Source: the human T2T-CHM13v2.0 reference genome, Homo sapiens
DNA: 64,000 nucleotides
Reading direction: 5' to 3' (one strand)
Assembly: GCF_009914755.1 (NCBI RefSeq)
Contig: NC_060927.1
The translations under genes and the position numbers were made by a program. Numbering within the stretch: position 1 is the stretch's first letter; the number at the start of each line of letters is the position of its first letter. Shown in pieces: positions 17,120 to 31,897 of this stretch. Under the pieces are notes generated by a model. That model saw only the letters and a program-made list of their open reading frames with translations. It searched no databases and was not told the DNA's origin.

Positions 17120-17880
<761 letters not shown>

Positions 17881-19324
17881 AGCAGCCTCCCTGTACAGAG
17901 GCCATTCAGGAATGCTGAAGGACTGTGCTGCATCTTTTCTTCCTGTGAGTCCCTACACCAAGTGTATAGCAGAATCCTGGACACAGAGCAGGTGCTCGAG
18001 GAAGGGTTCTGACTCAGACCTCAGGCAGAAACAATGGCAGAAACGTCTCAGTCCAGTGGTCATCTGTCTTTGCACAAAGAGGATGCTCAGGACTTGCATA
18101 GAAATGTTAAATTTTCTTCTTGATGCTATCGGAGGGGTAAATTTTAAAAAATAATTTAAAAAATGTAGCCATTCTAAAGCTAATGACCTTCTTTGCCAGC
18201 TGTTCAACTCATCTTTGATTTGAGGGAAAGCCATGTCTGTCTTAAGCATGACATTCCCGAGAGAGAGCTTCCAAGTCATCCTCAGATGTCCATCAAGTTT
18301 AAGGAAAAGGCATAAAAATACTGCAGGCTAATAAGAAGTGAAAGAGGCATACACAATGTGCAAATAAAGCAGAAAATGATACAGACATCTAGAATAAGGT
18401 AAGATTTTCTATATCTGGTAGTGGAGAGGGGAATATTTCCAAAGAAACTTTTTGTTTTTCAGCCTGCTACAACAGATTGGTCTGGAGGTGTAGATCCATT
18501 AAAGTAAAATTGATTTAGAGAGAGAAAATACTGTTCATTTCAAAACTATAGTTCTCCCAACCCCACCTCCACCAAAGTCTCAAATCTCAGCGTGGGAGAA
18601 ACCCATTAGAATTCCACTTTGTAGTGCTAGAGTGGTCTGCTTAGATTTCATCTACTGGAATATTTACTTTGGATAAAATGCAAGTTCTTTGTAGCAGTCT
18701 GGGGGAATTACAATAGATGAAACAAGAAAAGAATTTTGAAGATGAGCCCAAACCCCAAGTGGGATGTTTCAGTGTTCAATTAATTGACTCTCCCACATCC
18801 ACACTCCCCTTTGCTTAATCTTGGGTCATTGGTTTTTTATTCTAGGGTCTCAAAGCTCTTTTCAAGCAGATGTTTTTCTGCTCAAATTATTGCAGAGATA
18901 AAATGAGTTGCAGCTAGTCAAATTAAAACATCCACTTGCCTGTTGGGAGTGAGTGGCAAGGGTTGCAGCCCATAGAATAGAGCTCCCAGATGGCTTTGAC
19001 CTGTATGCAACTGGCTAGTATCCTTCAAGAATTCCTACCCATCTAAAGGCTTACAGTGTCTGAAAGGCCATTGCCCTTGGTCATTCACACCCAGGTATTA
19101 GGAGTTCTTCCTCATTTACCACAAGAGGAAAGAAATTAGTCTGCCAGGAAGCATCTGGTGGTCTACAAACCAAGGAGTGCCCAGGTTGGTTCTGATGTTT
19201 ATTCTTTTAGCTGAAGAACACTGATCATAGGCCTAATACCCCAGCACCCATCTTGTGTGCTTGAAACCAATAGAGTGAATCCTGAAAACATCAGTAAAGC
19301 TCCCAGAGGAAGCCCTACCCTAAT

Positions 19325-19675
19325 TTTCATTCAATAAATACTTAAGGACCTTTCGCTATGTTGCAGAGGATGGCTGTTCTGGGGACCAGCAAGTCCCTGT
19401 TCACACAGAGCTTGCCTTTTAGCATGGAGAAAATAGACAATAAACAAGTAAAAACATAATAAGTAGTACTACTTATTATGCAGTGATAAGTGCTAGACAA
19501 GAAGAATAAAGGGCAAGAATAAAGACAAGGGGTCAGAGGTAGTCAGGAAAGGCCTCCCTGCCAAGCTGACCTTGAACAGAGGAAAAGGGGAGCAAGGGAG
19601 CAAGCCAGAGTCTGCTGGAAGAGCATTCTGGGGATAAGGAATGGCAAGGATGAAAGTCCTGAGAGAACAGAGAAT
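19325..19675 (-). mobile_element. L2 3' fragment
   Basis: ttcattcaataaatactt...agacaataaacaagtaa...gtcaggaaaggcctccctg. Confidence 0.75.
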
Positions 19676-20186
19676 ATGACTCCTGTCATCCTATTATACA
19701 GTCTGTGGGACATAGACTCCTTCCACTGGCAAATTAGAAAATGGTTTACCTTTTGTCTTTCTTTTCTCTTCCTTCATTTTCCTTATTTATTTTCACATAT
19801 TCTCTCCCCCGTTTCTTCCTTCCTTTCTCCCTGGTCCAAATCTTTGTTTACTGAATCAGCCTCTCCAACTACTTTGCTCTGGGATACGAGCATTAAAGAC
19901 GATAAACCTCAAATGCTTTTGTGGCAGGACAAGTTTCCCTTTTCTGGTGACTACTGAGGATAAGAATTGGGAGGAAGGCTTTAAGGTTGAGAGAGAAACA
20001 GACATTCATTGATCACAATAAGATTTGTAGCTGTTCTAGTAGGAAATGTGTTTGTAGGGATTCTCTCCTAGGTCAGGATCTGAAGAAGCATGTCCCCACT
20101 TCCTAGTCCCTGTGGAGCAGAAGATGGCTGATGTGCTATACTAAGTGGAAAGCTGGTCATGAAATGACCTAAAAGGGCTTGGGGAC

Positions 20187-20247
20187 TGTGTGTATGTGTG
20201 TGTGCGTGTGCATGTGTGTGTGTGTGCGTGTGTGTGTGTGTGTATGT
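20187..20247. repeat. Imperfect (TG)n microsatellite
   Basis: Seen directly. Confidence 0.95.
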
Positions 20248-21107
20248 AGTGGGGGAAAGAGGTTGGAGCAAGGAAGATAGTGCAGGTGAAACGAGCTCTG
20301 CTGACTGAGGGCTTAGCCACAGGGGGCCCCTAAGAGTCTAGGGTTAAGTTCCTGTGTCTGTGGATGGATCTGAGAACAAGATAGATGGAATAAAAAAGCC
20401 ATCTCTGAACCTCCACAACCCTCCCCTACTTTACACCATGCCCCATACCAATTCCTTGTTGACTTAGTATTATATAAGTAAGAATATATCCCTTGAGCCC
20501 AAAGAATTGAATTCAGAATTTTAGAATTCTGAGTATTCGCTTGACTCACCCCACTATAATCTTTCTTGTGACTTATAGTACCACCCTTTCATTCATTGTT
20601 AAGGAAGATAATGTATGGGTTGCACCCTTTAAAAATGCTTTAGTTTACATAAGCAAGTCAACCCAGAAACTGGTACCCTTGTTTTCCCAGAATAAAGAAT
20701 GATGAGAGCTTTTTGTTATTTTTCTACTCTCAGCTTTTTTCTATCTTTCTTCACCTGCAAAGTTTTTCATTTAAATCCACTTATAACTCCCTTAGCATTT
20801 GTTAGTTAAATATGCAACATCATTGTCCCTCCTTAATGCCAGCCTAAAACATAATTCTATTCATTTGAAAGAATGGCATGATGCTGAGTTTAAGGGCATC
20901 AACTGAGTTTTATTCTACATCTTTACAACCTAATTGCCTAGTCCTATTTCACCTCTCAGCCTCTTAGCCATCAGCTCACACACACACACAAATCACTGTA
21001 GAATTTTTTGGTATTCATTCAAGGCATTGAGCGATACCATGGATTATTATTAGGGACACCTGTGGTGGTACATTCATCTAGGGTCTTTCCTGCAGTGTAT
21101 AAACTGA

Positions 21108-21654
<547 letters not shown>

Positions 21655-21805
21655 AGTCTTATCTCTACTAAGTTAAATTACCACTGTTCTGGCCATCTTA
21701 TTTTCTAACTATTTATGCACCTTGAATACCTCCTTCCTGGGCCCTCCACATTGAATTCAGTTTGCTGTGATGCATAGCCTACCTTATTATTATGTGCCCT
21801 AGATA

Positions 21806-21875
21806 ACAGGATGCAGGTCAATTGATCACATAGTCAACTGATCACAGGATGCAGGCCAATTGATCACATAGTCAA
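21806..21875. repeat. Direct duplication of 32 bp, period 38
   Basis: acaggatgcagg(t/c)caattgatcacatagtcaa at 21806 and 21844. Confidence 0.9.
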
Positions 21876-22520
21876 TAGTACCATGTGCCAAGAACCTCAG
21901 AGGCAAGTAGACATGTAGTTGGTCAATTTATTGTGCCTAACCCAAACCTCTGATTGCCAAAGTGGTTCGAAAGAATGCTTTTGTATTGGTGTGAGAGGAT
22001 GTGACTGCTCCCATAGTGGGAACAGCCTCTTCCCTGGGATACATGTAAGAACTGCAGGATGGCTTTCTCTTTCAAATTGCACATCCGTTTACTACTACAC
22101 ATCTGCCATGGCAGACCCCACTACATCCATACCCATTGGGAATTGCTTTGTATAATGACTGATGTTATAGACAGGAATTTGTTACATATATAAAGCATCT
22201 AGGGTTCGACAAGAGGTTGGAAGTCTTGGGCTTAAGATATGGGCCCAGAATACAGATTAAGGAAACAGGTTGGTTTCACTCTCACTCCCAAGGAGTTCCA
22301 GTGGATTCCACTGAACTACTCTTTCTTGAGGCTCCACCAAATGAATTAAAGCCCATCAGGTTCAAACTAGCTAGTTGCCCAGAGGAATCCCCAGATATAA
22401 AGTTCATATGAAGATATGAAGTTCAGCTGTGTTCAGAAAAGATCTTTCAAGAACACTCTAGCCCCAGGGTTCATTGCAAATCCAATCTAACCCTCTTAGG
22501 TACAACAATAAGATCAGAGA

Positions 22521-22634
22521 TAAGGTGTGCAACTGTTCTGGTCTGCCCAGGACTGAGGGGGTTCCTGGGATGTACGACTTTCAGTACTAAACTTGGGAAA
22601 TTTCTGGACAAATCAGGATGAATTAATCTCCCTA
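22521..22634 (-). mobile_element. MER81 (hAT-Blackjack MITE)
   Basis: 114 bp; taaggtg...ggactgagggggttcctgggatgtacgactttcagtactaaa...cccta. Confidence 0.8.
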
Positions 22635-24037
22635 TCCAAGACTGTAATTATGTAAACGGTAAGCTTTGGTGCTGCCCTTCCATTCTCAGTGCTATAACAG
22701 CAACAGAGAGACGCATACTTGCCTATAGATATGGAGAGCCATGGTACTCATGTGTAAACCATATATATTCTGATGCATATTTCATTAAAAAAAAACTTAA
22801 GATATCTTCTGCAAATACTTGGAACTCAATCAGTGACATTCCAAAATTAGCTTTAAGTGATAAAATTTTATGTAATTATGACAACCATCTCTAAAATAAG
22901 TGATTAAGTGCTTCAATTACAAAAAGGAATGGTCTGAAAACAAATCTCTCAAGAATTATAAATATCCTCTATGATATTGGCCAAATTACAAGCTCATGAT
23001 TCTTGTTTTTAGATTTTTTGCCAACAAAGGTTGCTTAGCAACAGTCAGCCATCTCTTTTCTCTCATCAGTTTTCTCTTTTTTCCTCTCCCACCTTTGCTA
23101 TTGCATACTAAAGAGAAGGAAAGCCACTGCTCTGTGATGACCTCCTCTTCTCAGTTTATAAACATAAAAATGAGAGTTTCTAAGTGTAACAATTCCTAAT
23201 GTTTGTACCAAGGTTTGTACAGTCTGAAGGATGTGTTCCTGAAAGAAGCGGCATCTGACAGTGCCTTAACTCATTAAAACCCATATAAGAGTAAGAGGGG
23301 TTAATGAGCCAACCACCATGGAAGGGCCATTGCTTAGTCTGGTAGCTTTGTGCACCAGAATCTTGATCTAGTTAACAGCTGGTGAAGAGGGATGGAAACT
23401 AACACTGTTGAGGACCGACTTTGTTCCATCCTTGAATTAGGTGCTAATTTAATTGGGCTCCTTGTATTGTACCTGGCTTAGCTCAAGGAGGTGTTGGGGT
23501 TTTTTGCGGGGAGGGGCCAGTAAGAAAGGAGTTAGGAAGGAGACAGAGATCATGATTCCAGGAACAGGGGCCACAGCAGGACCTGGCCTCATGGGGCCTG
23601 GAACCATATCCTGGTCATTTCCGGGGGCCTTGGCTGTGATACTGAACCTATTTATCCTCTAGTGCTCTGCCTTCACTTAACTCCACTGCTCTCTGTCGGC
23701 CCTTCTCCATGTGTAGCTTATTGAGTCTCCTTTTGCTACTTCTCCCTGCCCTGTATCTTTACCCTAATCACACATCTCAGCTTATTCAAGACTCAGAGCT
23801 ACTGCCCCCACATAACTGGCTTGCTCAGGAACCCTTGTTTACCTCAGGGACTCTTCTCTGTGTTTCTCTCAGTGTTACCTCTTCCTGCAAACTTTCTGGA
23901 TGATGCTAGACTTTTCAAGTTAAATGCCCAAGAGTTACTTGTTCATTCTAGATAATGTCATAGGCCAACTATAAATTAGTAATATATAGATCAGCTGCCC
24001 AACCCTGGCCTAATCAACTGGTACCATGTAAGGGAGA

Positions 24038-24470
24038 TATTGTGGGCTAAAATGTGTCCTCCCCCCAGCCAAAAAAATCATACATTGAAATCCTAATCCC
24101 CAATACCACAGAATGTGGCCTTATTTGGAAATAGGGGCATTGCAGGTATAAATAATTAAGATGAGCCCATACTAGAGTAGTGTGGGCACCAAGTCCAATA
24201 TGATTGGTGTTCTTATAAGAAGAAGAAACTAGGACACTGGCAGGCACAAAAAGAGAAAGCTATGTAAAGACACACAGCGAGGACAGCCCTCTACAAGCCA
24301 AGGAGACAGGCCTGGAACAGCTCCTTTCCTCACAGCCCTCAAAAGGAAGCAACCCTGTAAATGCCTTGATTTCCGACTTCTATCCTCCAGAACAGTAAAC
24401 AATGAATTTCCGTTGTCTAAGCCACCCAGTTTGTATTACTTTATTATGGAAACCCTAGAAAACTAGTACA
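24038..24470 (+). mobile_element. MLT1B-like 5' LTR
   Basis: ccttatttggaaataggg...ctaagccacccagtttgtattactttattatggaaaccctagaaaactagtaca. Confidence 0.9.
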
Positions 24471-25445
24471 GATTTTGGTGTCAGGAATTGGGGAGCTGCT
24501 GTAATAAATGTCTAAAATGCTAGAAATGGCTTTGAAATTGGGTAGTGGATAGAGGTTGGAAGAGTTGTGTGGTGCGTGAAAGAAAAGGCATGGATTTCCT
24601 TGAAAAGACTTTTTTAGAAATATAGACATTAAAGGAGATTCTGGTGAGGGCTCAGAAAGGAAAGAGGAGAGCTTTGGAGAAAGCTACTATTGTCTTAGAA
24701 AATACATTTTTCACATGAACAGAATGTTGCTGGAAATATGAACATTAAAGGTGCTTGGTGAAGTCTCAGACAGAAATGACGAAATGTTGAAAACTGGAGG
24801 ACTGGTGATCCTTGTTATAAAGTGGCTGATAACTTGGTTGAATTGTGCTGTGTTAGAAAGTAGAACTTGTAAGCAATGAACTTGGATATTTAGCTGAGGA
24901 AATTTCTAACAAAAGTTTCGAAGGTACTACCTGGTTTCTCCTTATTGCTTTTAACACAACATGAGAAGAAAGAAATAAATTGAAGAATAAACTGCTAAGT
25001 AAAAAGAAACCAGCACTTGATGCTTTGGCTGAGTCTCAGCCTCACCAGATAGTGTTCTCTGGAAAGAGGGCAAAGGGTGTGTCTAGAGAAGCCTTTGCTA
25101 AAGAGATTAGGCTTTTAACTCATGGATCCCATTAGCCATCTCAGCAGAAGCCACGAATAGAGATATAGTTATCTAAAAGTCTGGAAGACCTCTTGTCTGA
25201 TAGCTTGGATTTCCATGAATTGCACAGAAGGCCAGTGAGGTTTCTGAGAATTTTATACCAGTACAAATACTGCCAGCCTGGACTGAAAAGGACAGTGATG
25301 AAATGAAATGAAGGAAGAACAACTTCCATGGATGCAGAGGGCTGATGGGGCGGCCCCTGCCCCCATAGGCTCAGAGGACACAGGCCCAGGGACTGGGGTC
25401 ATTTCCTCTCTGGTACCAGAGAGTGGGTCACCACCCAGGGCCAAA
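24471..25445 (+). mobile_element. MLT1 internal sequence (MaLR-int), truncated
   Basis: gattttggtgtcagga directly after the LTR; ggctttgaaattgggtagtggatagaggttggaagag; ttgttataaagtggc; ttagctgaggaaatttctaa. Confidence 0.85.
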
Positions 25446-27309
25446 ACTAATAGGGGAGGTCACGTTGTTTTATATGTGGCACACTAGTCCCTGTGAACAG
25501 AAAATATGGGCAGGAAGTTTCCCTTAGGGTGGTAGGTTACAGAAACTTTACATATATTACATAATTTAATCTTGGGCAAAGTAGCCTTGGGCATCAGTCT
25601 TATTCTTCTTATTTTACCAACTTGGAGACTACACAATTTGCTTGAGGTCTCATGTCTGGCAGGTGAAAGAGTCAAATTTTATACCAAGATCTGATGTCAA
25701 GGTCTTTTCAGTTCACCAGAGAGGGTAATGAAGCAGAGACTTTGTAATGGCAACAAAGAGGGTAAAATTGACTAAACTCACTCAATAGAATGAAAACTAA
25801 ATATACTTGACTATTACATTACTTAACCATGTGTGGATGTGTATAGAAGTTTGATACATAAAGGTAAAAGATCAAGTATGCAATAATAGCCCTTCCAGAA
25901 TGGGTGTGTTTATATCCATGTATCTATATATCTATGTCTGTGTCCATATCCATACCCATGCCCATACACATACCTATTAGGTGTATGTACATTAAAAAAT
26001 AATAAACAGCATAGAGTCTGATAATAACTTTCAACCCTTCAATCCTTAACTAGGAATTGTTGAAACCCTTAGCTGAGGATGCCAAGGGAATGTCTCTTTT
26101 TCCTTTACTGTAAATTTATAGATTATTTCCCTTTCAGAAGGTATTTACCACCTTCACCATCTGCATTTGAAATGGCTTCTTTCTTATAGCAGATATTTCA
26201 ATACCATTTTAGAGAATTCACAAATCTCTTGGCGGCAATGATTTTTAAAGTTCATACTTTAAGTCTTCATTGCATGCTACAATTTAAGAAGATTTATTTT
26301 TTAATACACTCTGCAAAATGCCAGCCGAAGTTGCTTACTACTTGAAAGTGTCTTGTCTCTATTTAAATGGCAGAGCATTTCTCTGCACTGTCTTTTTGAG
26401 CTTTTAATTTTGATATGTTCTGGGTTGCTGTAGGTGGTGGTAGGGAGAGTTTTATAAACTTACGGCTTTTGAGCTAAGAGACAAATTCCAGGCTAATCTG
26501 CACCTTTAAAATGTCTCTCCAGCATAATAGTGCCTGGATTTTATGACATTTCCTGTTTCACCCCATTGAATATCCCTCCTGCATCCAGAAACACAGGATT
26601 TCACAGCTTATACATTTCACCATCATTATTATATAGTTTTCATTAAGATAAAAATAGCTAAAATAAAATTCCAAAAAAGTCAAGATCCAACCTCAAATAC
26701 AGAAAGTTGGTCTCTGCCACTATTGCAGTCTTGCCTTTGTTGTCTTGCTTTGTTCTGTCTCATTAATAGATGTTAACTAGTTCTCTTTTGTTTTTGTCTA
26801 TCTTCCAGTGCTAGGCTACAGGGAGACTTACAGATTTTAAAAAATCAACCTAAGTGTATAGTGAAGTGGCAGTTACAGTTTTTGGGTGACCAAAGGTTCA
26901 CAGAGAAGTCCTTTGGAGGCCCTCTCATTTTACTGGTGGTGATCTGACAATTTCCTAGGCAAGTGACATAAGGGCCTACTGTGTTCACTTGTATATCCCC
27001 AGCGACCAGTGAAGCATTTGACACACAGTAGGTGCCAAATGAAGAGAAGAAAAATTGAAACAAGTGACAAATTTCAGAAAGCTGTCAAATATCACAAGCA
27101 TAGGCTATAAACTCAAGAATTCTAATAAATTCAATTTCATGGAGTTTCTATCATAAGAAAAAAGCATATGGCACTTTTATAATTGTACATATTGTATTAT
27201 CAAATATATTCCTGATAGAAGAGAGCTTCTGGTTTGACCACATGTTAATGAAAATAGATTCTTTTACTTATAACTTTATGCATCTGATACTTGGAAAAAG
27301 TAAATATGC

Positions 27310-27683
27310 TCTGATTTATTCAGAGGTGAGCATGTTACCCAAAGATTGAGGACAGGGTGGTGCTGGGGCAGGGGGCATCCAAGTCTTTTTTGGGGATTAG
27401 CATATGGAAGGTGGGAGAGTCCATTTTTCCTTCTGCTAAGGTTGCTAAGCTGGAATGATATGATGAGCCAGCAATGTGAGGGCAAACAAGTCCACACAGG
27501 GGTAAACAACTAAGAAGGGAAAGAGAAAGATTACAACACCATTTAAGCCCTTGAACTGAGCCATGGTTAAATGAAGCTGCCTCTCTGCCTTCTCCTGTTC
27601 TGTGAGTCAACAAACTTTCCCTTTTTTCTGTCATTTGAAGCCAATTTCAGTCATTTGAAGCCAAAAGTCCTAACAACTATACA
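27310..27683 (+). mobile_element. Old MLT1 (J/K/L-like) LTR fragment
   Basis: gtgagtcaacaaactttccc...aagccaaaagtcctaacaactataca 3' end. Confidence 0.55.
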
Positions 27684-27884
27684 AAATGATAGCTATTTGC
27701 ATTGTCTTACTACTCTAAGTCTTAGATAACTTCACATTGCTGAGAAAAAAATAATTTAGGCTCATATGGATACGGATAGCTCATATGGATAGCTTCTTTA
27801 TTGGATGTCTGGAACTTGAATATCCGCTATACCTCTGTTATCTCCTTTCTTTGCTTATTTTAATCAGAGGGCACTGTACTCACA

Positions 27885-28125
27885 GTAATAAGATAGTAAT
27901 GGCTTACACTTGCACAGTAATTTAAAGTTTCAAAGTAATTTTACATGTATTGTCTTATCCTCACAGAATACAAGTGCTTTCATCAAAGTTTTTCAAATGA
28001 AGAAGCGAAGGTTCAGAGAGATTAAATGAATTCCCTAAGGCTATATAGCTTGCATGGGGCAGAGCTAGGATTAAAGTTTATGCCTGGTGCTTCCTAATCC
28101 AGTATCCTTTCTGTGACATACCATA
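27885..28125. mobile_element. MIR
   Basis: gaagaagcgaaggttcagagagattaaatgaattccctaagg...ggcagagctaggatt. Confidence 0.75.
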
Positions 28126-28649
28126 CCTCTCTGAACACACCTGCAGACCCAGGACCTTCCATGCCCACTAGAAGGTATTATTCAGGCCAGAAGACACACA
28201 CTTTTGGGCCAGATACACTCCTGGCCAATGGCCACATCTTCTTTTGTCTTCTTTGCCTAACTTTCTGGGTTATCCATCTCTACAATTCTACTGCTATCTT
28301 CTCTTACTCCCTTGCCTAGACTCCAAACTCCCAAAACTTTTCTCATAGCCTAACTTCTAAGGACCACAACTCAATAGTGTTTGCCTCAACAGCTCGATGT
28401 CAAACCCCTATTAAATGTTTAACCACCAGGATTTTCAGACATGATTTCCACTCCCTTATTTCTGAACACTCCCTTGTCTACCATATAACATGAGTTCTTG
28501 AATCTGATATGACTTCAGTCCTTGTCATTATTGTGCTCATACTCTGCTTCTATTCTTTTCTTAGCTATTCTGCTCTGTATTGTTTATTTCTAGAGTAGAG
28601 AGAAAGAATGGCCAGACAGCCACAATTATGCCTGTTCACACTGTTGTGT

Positions 28650-30030
28650 GTCCTGAACAGACCAATAACGAGTTCCAAAATTGAATTTGTAATAAATAGG
28701 CTGCCAACCTAAAAAACCCCAGGACCAAACAGGTCCACAGCCAAACTCTACCAGATGTATAAAAAATGCTGGTACCATTCTTACTGAAACTGTTCCCAAA
28801 AATTGAGGAGGAAGGACTCCTCCTCAACTCATTCTATGAGTGCAGCATCATCCTGACACCAAAACGTGGCAGAGACACACACACAGAAAAACTTCAGGCC
28901 AATATCCTTGATGAACTTAGATGCAAAAATCCTCAACAAAATACTAGCAAACCAAATCCAGGGGGATATCAAAAAACTCATCCTCCATGGTCAAGTAGGC
29001 TTTATCCCTGGGATCAAGGTTGGTTTAACATACACAAGTCAATAAATGTGATTCATCACATAAACAGAACTGAAGACAAAAACCATACGATTATCTCAAT
29101 AGGGGCTTTCAATAAAATTCAGCATACCTTTATGTTAAAAACCCTCAACAAACTAGGCAATGAAGGAACATACTTCGAAATAATAAGAGCCACATATGAC
29201 AAACTCACAGCCGACATCATACTAAATGGGTAAAAGTTGGAAGCAACACCATTGAAAACTGGCACAGGACAAGGATGCCCTCTCTCACCACTGCTATTCA
29301 ACATAGTATTTGAAGTCCTGGACAAAGAAATCAGGCAAGAGAAAGAAATAAAAGGCATCTAAATAGGAAGAGAGGAAGTCAAACTATCCCTGTTTTCAGA
29401 CAACATGATTCTATATCTAGAAAATCCCACAGTCTCAGCCCAAAAGCTCCTTGATCTGATAAATAACTTCAGCAAAGTTTCAGGATGCAAAATCAATGTA
29501 TAAAAATCAGTAGCATTTCTATATAGCAACAACATCCAAGCTGAGAACCAAATCAAGAATGCAATCCCATTTACAATAGCCACCAAAAGAATAAAATACC
29601 TAGGAATACAACTAACCAGGAAGGTGAAAGTTTACTATAATGAGAATTACAAAACACTGTTCAAGGAAATCAGAAGCAACACAAACAAATGGAAAAATAT
29701 TCCATGCTCATGGATAGAAAGAATGAATATTTTGGACATACTGCCCAAAGCAATTTACAGATTCAGTGCTATTCCTATCAAATTCCTAATAACAGTCTTC
29801 AAAGAACTAGAAAAAAACTATTTTAAAATTCACATAGAACCAAAAAAGAGCCCAAATAGCCAAGACAATCCTAAATAAAAACAACGGAGCTGGAAGCATC
29901 ACGTTACCCAACTTCAAACTATACTACAAGGCTACAGTAACCAAAACAACATGGTACTGGTACAAAAACAAACACATAGACCAATGAAACAGAATACAGA
30001 ACCCAGAAATAATGACACACACTTACAAGC
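28650..30030 (+). mobile_element. L1 (L1PA/PB-age) ORF2 fragment covering the reverse transcriptase region, disrupted
   Basis: Translations [39 protein letters not shown] and [11 protein letters not shown] match L1 ORF2p; frameshifts and stops present. Confidence 0.97.
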
Positions 30031-30869
30031 ATGTACTCCTTGTTATGTGTATGTTTGGGATGGAATATCTATCTGAGCTTGGGGAACCTATTTTGAAGAT
30101 TTTGAGATGAGGCTTTTTAGGGATGGAATATCAAGAAATGGCATAAAGTTTCAGAGATACTGTTCAATGGCAAAGAAAGACTCTAGAAAATTCCTAAATC
30201 GCAGTCTGAATACAGCAGCCTTTCTCTTTACAGCATTAGAGAATCAGGAGAAGCCCAGCATGGACTGGCAGAGGTGCCCAAAGTGGCTGCTTTGTGGGGG
30301 AACATATCACTGTCATCAGTCAAGGGATCCTCCCAATGCTATTTTCCAACTGACGGATCTCTGCAAGTATTAGCCAAATATAATGCTTTCATGAATAAAG
30401 GGTTTAGCATTGCTTTGAATCTAAAGAACAAGGTACTGTGGATTCAGCCAGGGGACATTCTGGAATAGATAGAGAGCTGAAAACAATAATCTAGCAGATA
30501 TTTAGCTATTATCTCAGAAGGAACTTGGGAACTATGGCTCAGAGACCATGAGAGTAAACACTGTGAATGTTTTTTTAAAGCTTCATAGCCTCTTCATAGT
30601 TCATTTTTAACCCCCTTTTTTTCTTACAATCTCCTAAAGACAAGGATGTTATAATGAAACAAACTGTGCATTTGCAGGAGGGATAAAAAGCCAAGCATCC
30701 TGAGGGGTTTGGGAAACCCAAAGCCAGGAATATCACAGAGAAGAGTGGAGGATGGCAGCTTCGAAACTCCCAAAGAGAAGGGATATAGACATCACTCTAG
30801 GACTTGGTAATAGAAACACCTGAGGAGTTCTCCAGTGTAGGTGGCAATGTTTGTTGTCTCCTGATAACT

Positions 30870-31255
30870 CATACCCAATATCCTTTTCCCATACTGGGAG
30901 AATCATATTCTGTTCCATGACCTCCCAGGGATAGATATTGATTAAACTAAGCTAATCAGAGTGGTCCCATTTCCCTTGTCACTGATTAACTTACTGTTGT
31001 GTTTGTCCTGGCCAATGAGATGTTTGCGTGTGGAATGTTACTAAAGACCATCTGGGAAAGTTTTTCTTTTAGCTCTTAAAAACATGCATACAAAAAGAAA
31101 TACACCTTCTTTTTTTATGGAGTGTTGCATCTTCATGTGGTCTGGTCCTGTGGTGAACATCTTAGAAACATGAAGAAAGTAAGTGTGAAGAATATGCCAG
31201 AATAGCAGAGCAGAAAAGTGTAAGGAAGCTAGGTCCCTGCTGACATTACTGATTT
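30870..31255 (+). mobile_element. Old ERVL/MaLR-type LTR fragment
   Basis: ctggccaatgagatgt...tctgggaaagtttttc...gcagagcagaaaag..ggaagctaggtccctgctgacatt. Confidence 0.5.
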
Positions 31256-31628
31256 GACATATGTGCATGTGGAATCCCAAAACAAAAGAAAGGAACAAAA
31301 AAGTATTAGTAGAAACAATGGCATATTTTTTTTTCTAAATTTGGTAAAAGGCATAAATTTACAGATTCAAGAAGCTCAATGAATCCAAGCACGACTGTTG
31401 CAAAATATACTACATTTAAGCACATCAAAGTCAAAATGTAGGAAGTGAAGGTAAGGAGAATTATCTTGAAAGCAGCCAGAGAAAGCAACTTGTTATGTAC
31501 GGAGAAACAAAGACATGAATTACCATTCACTTCTCACTGGAAACAGTGGAGGCCAGAAGACAGTAGAATGTCTTTAAAAGCATGACAGAATGGAACTGTA
31601 AACCTAGAATTTTATATTTAAAAAAATA

Positions 31629-31897
31629 GAAGCGGGCATGGTGGTTCACACCTGTAATCCCAGCACTTTAGAAGACCAAGGTGGGAGGGTTGCTTGAGCC
31701 CAAGAGCTCCAGACCAGCCTGGACAACATAGGAAGACCCTGTCTCTACAAAAAAATTTAAATAATTAGCCAGGAGTGCTGTAGCCCCAGCTATTCGGGAG
31801 GCTGAAGTGGGAAAATCATCTGAGCCTGAAAGGTTGAGGTCGCAGTGAGCCATGATCAAGATACCATTCCAGGCTGGGTGACAGAGTGAGACCTTGA
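31629..31897 (+). mobile_element. AluJ
   Basis: ggagggttgcttgagcccaagag and cagtgagccatgatc are AluJ diagnostics. Confidence 0.9.

Noticed and set aside
27630-27795. Short direct repeats (gtcatttgaagccaa twice; gctcatatggata twice)
   Set aside because: Two-copy slippage duplications, with no spacer-repeat array, so not CRISPR-like.
28766-29878. ORFs with reverse-transcriptase-like protein (155 aa and 84 aa)
   Set aside because: Frameshifted fragments of ordinary L1 ORF2, not a novel RT system or an intact gene.
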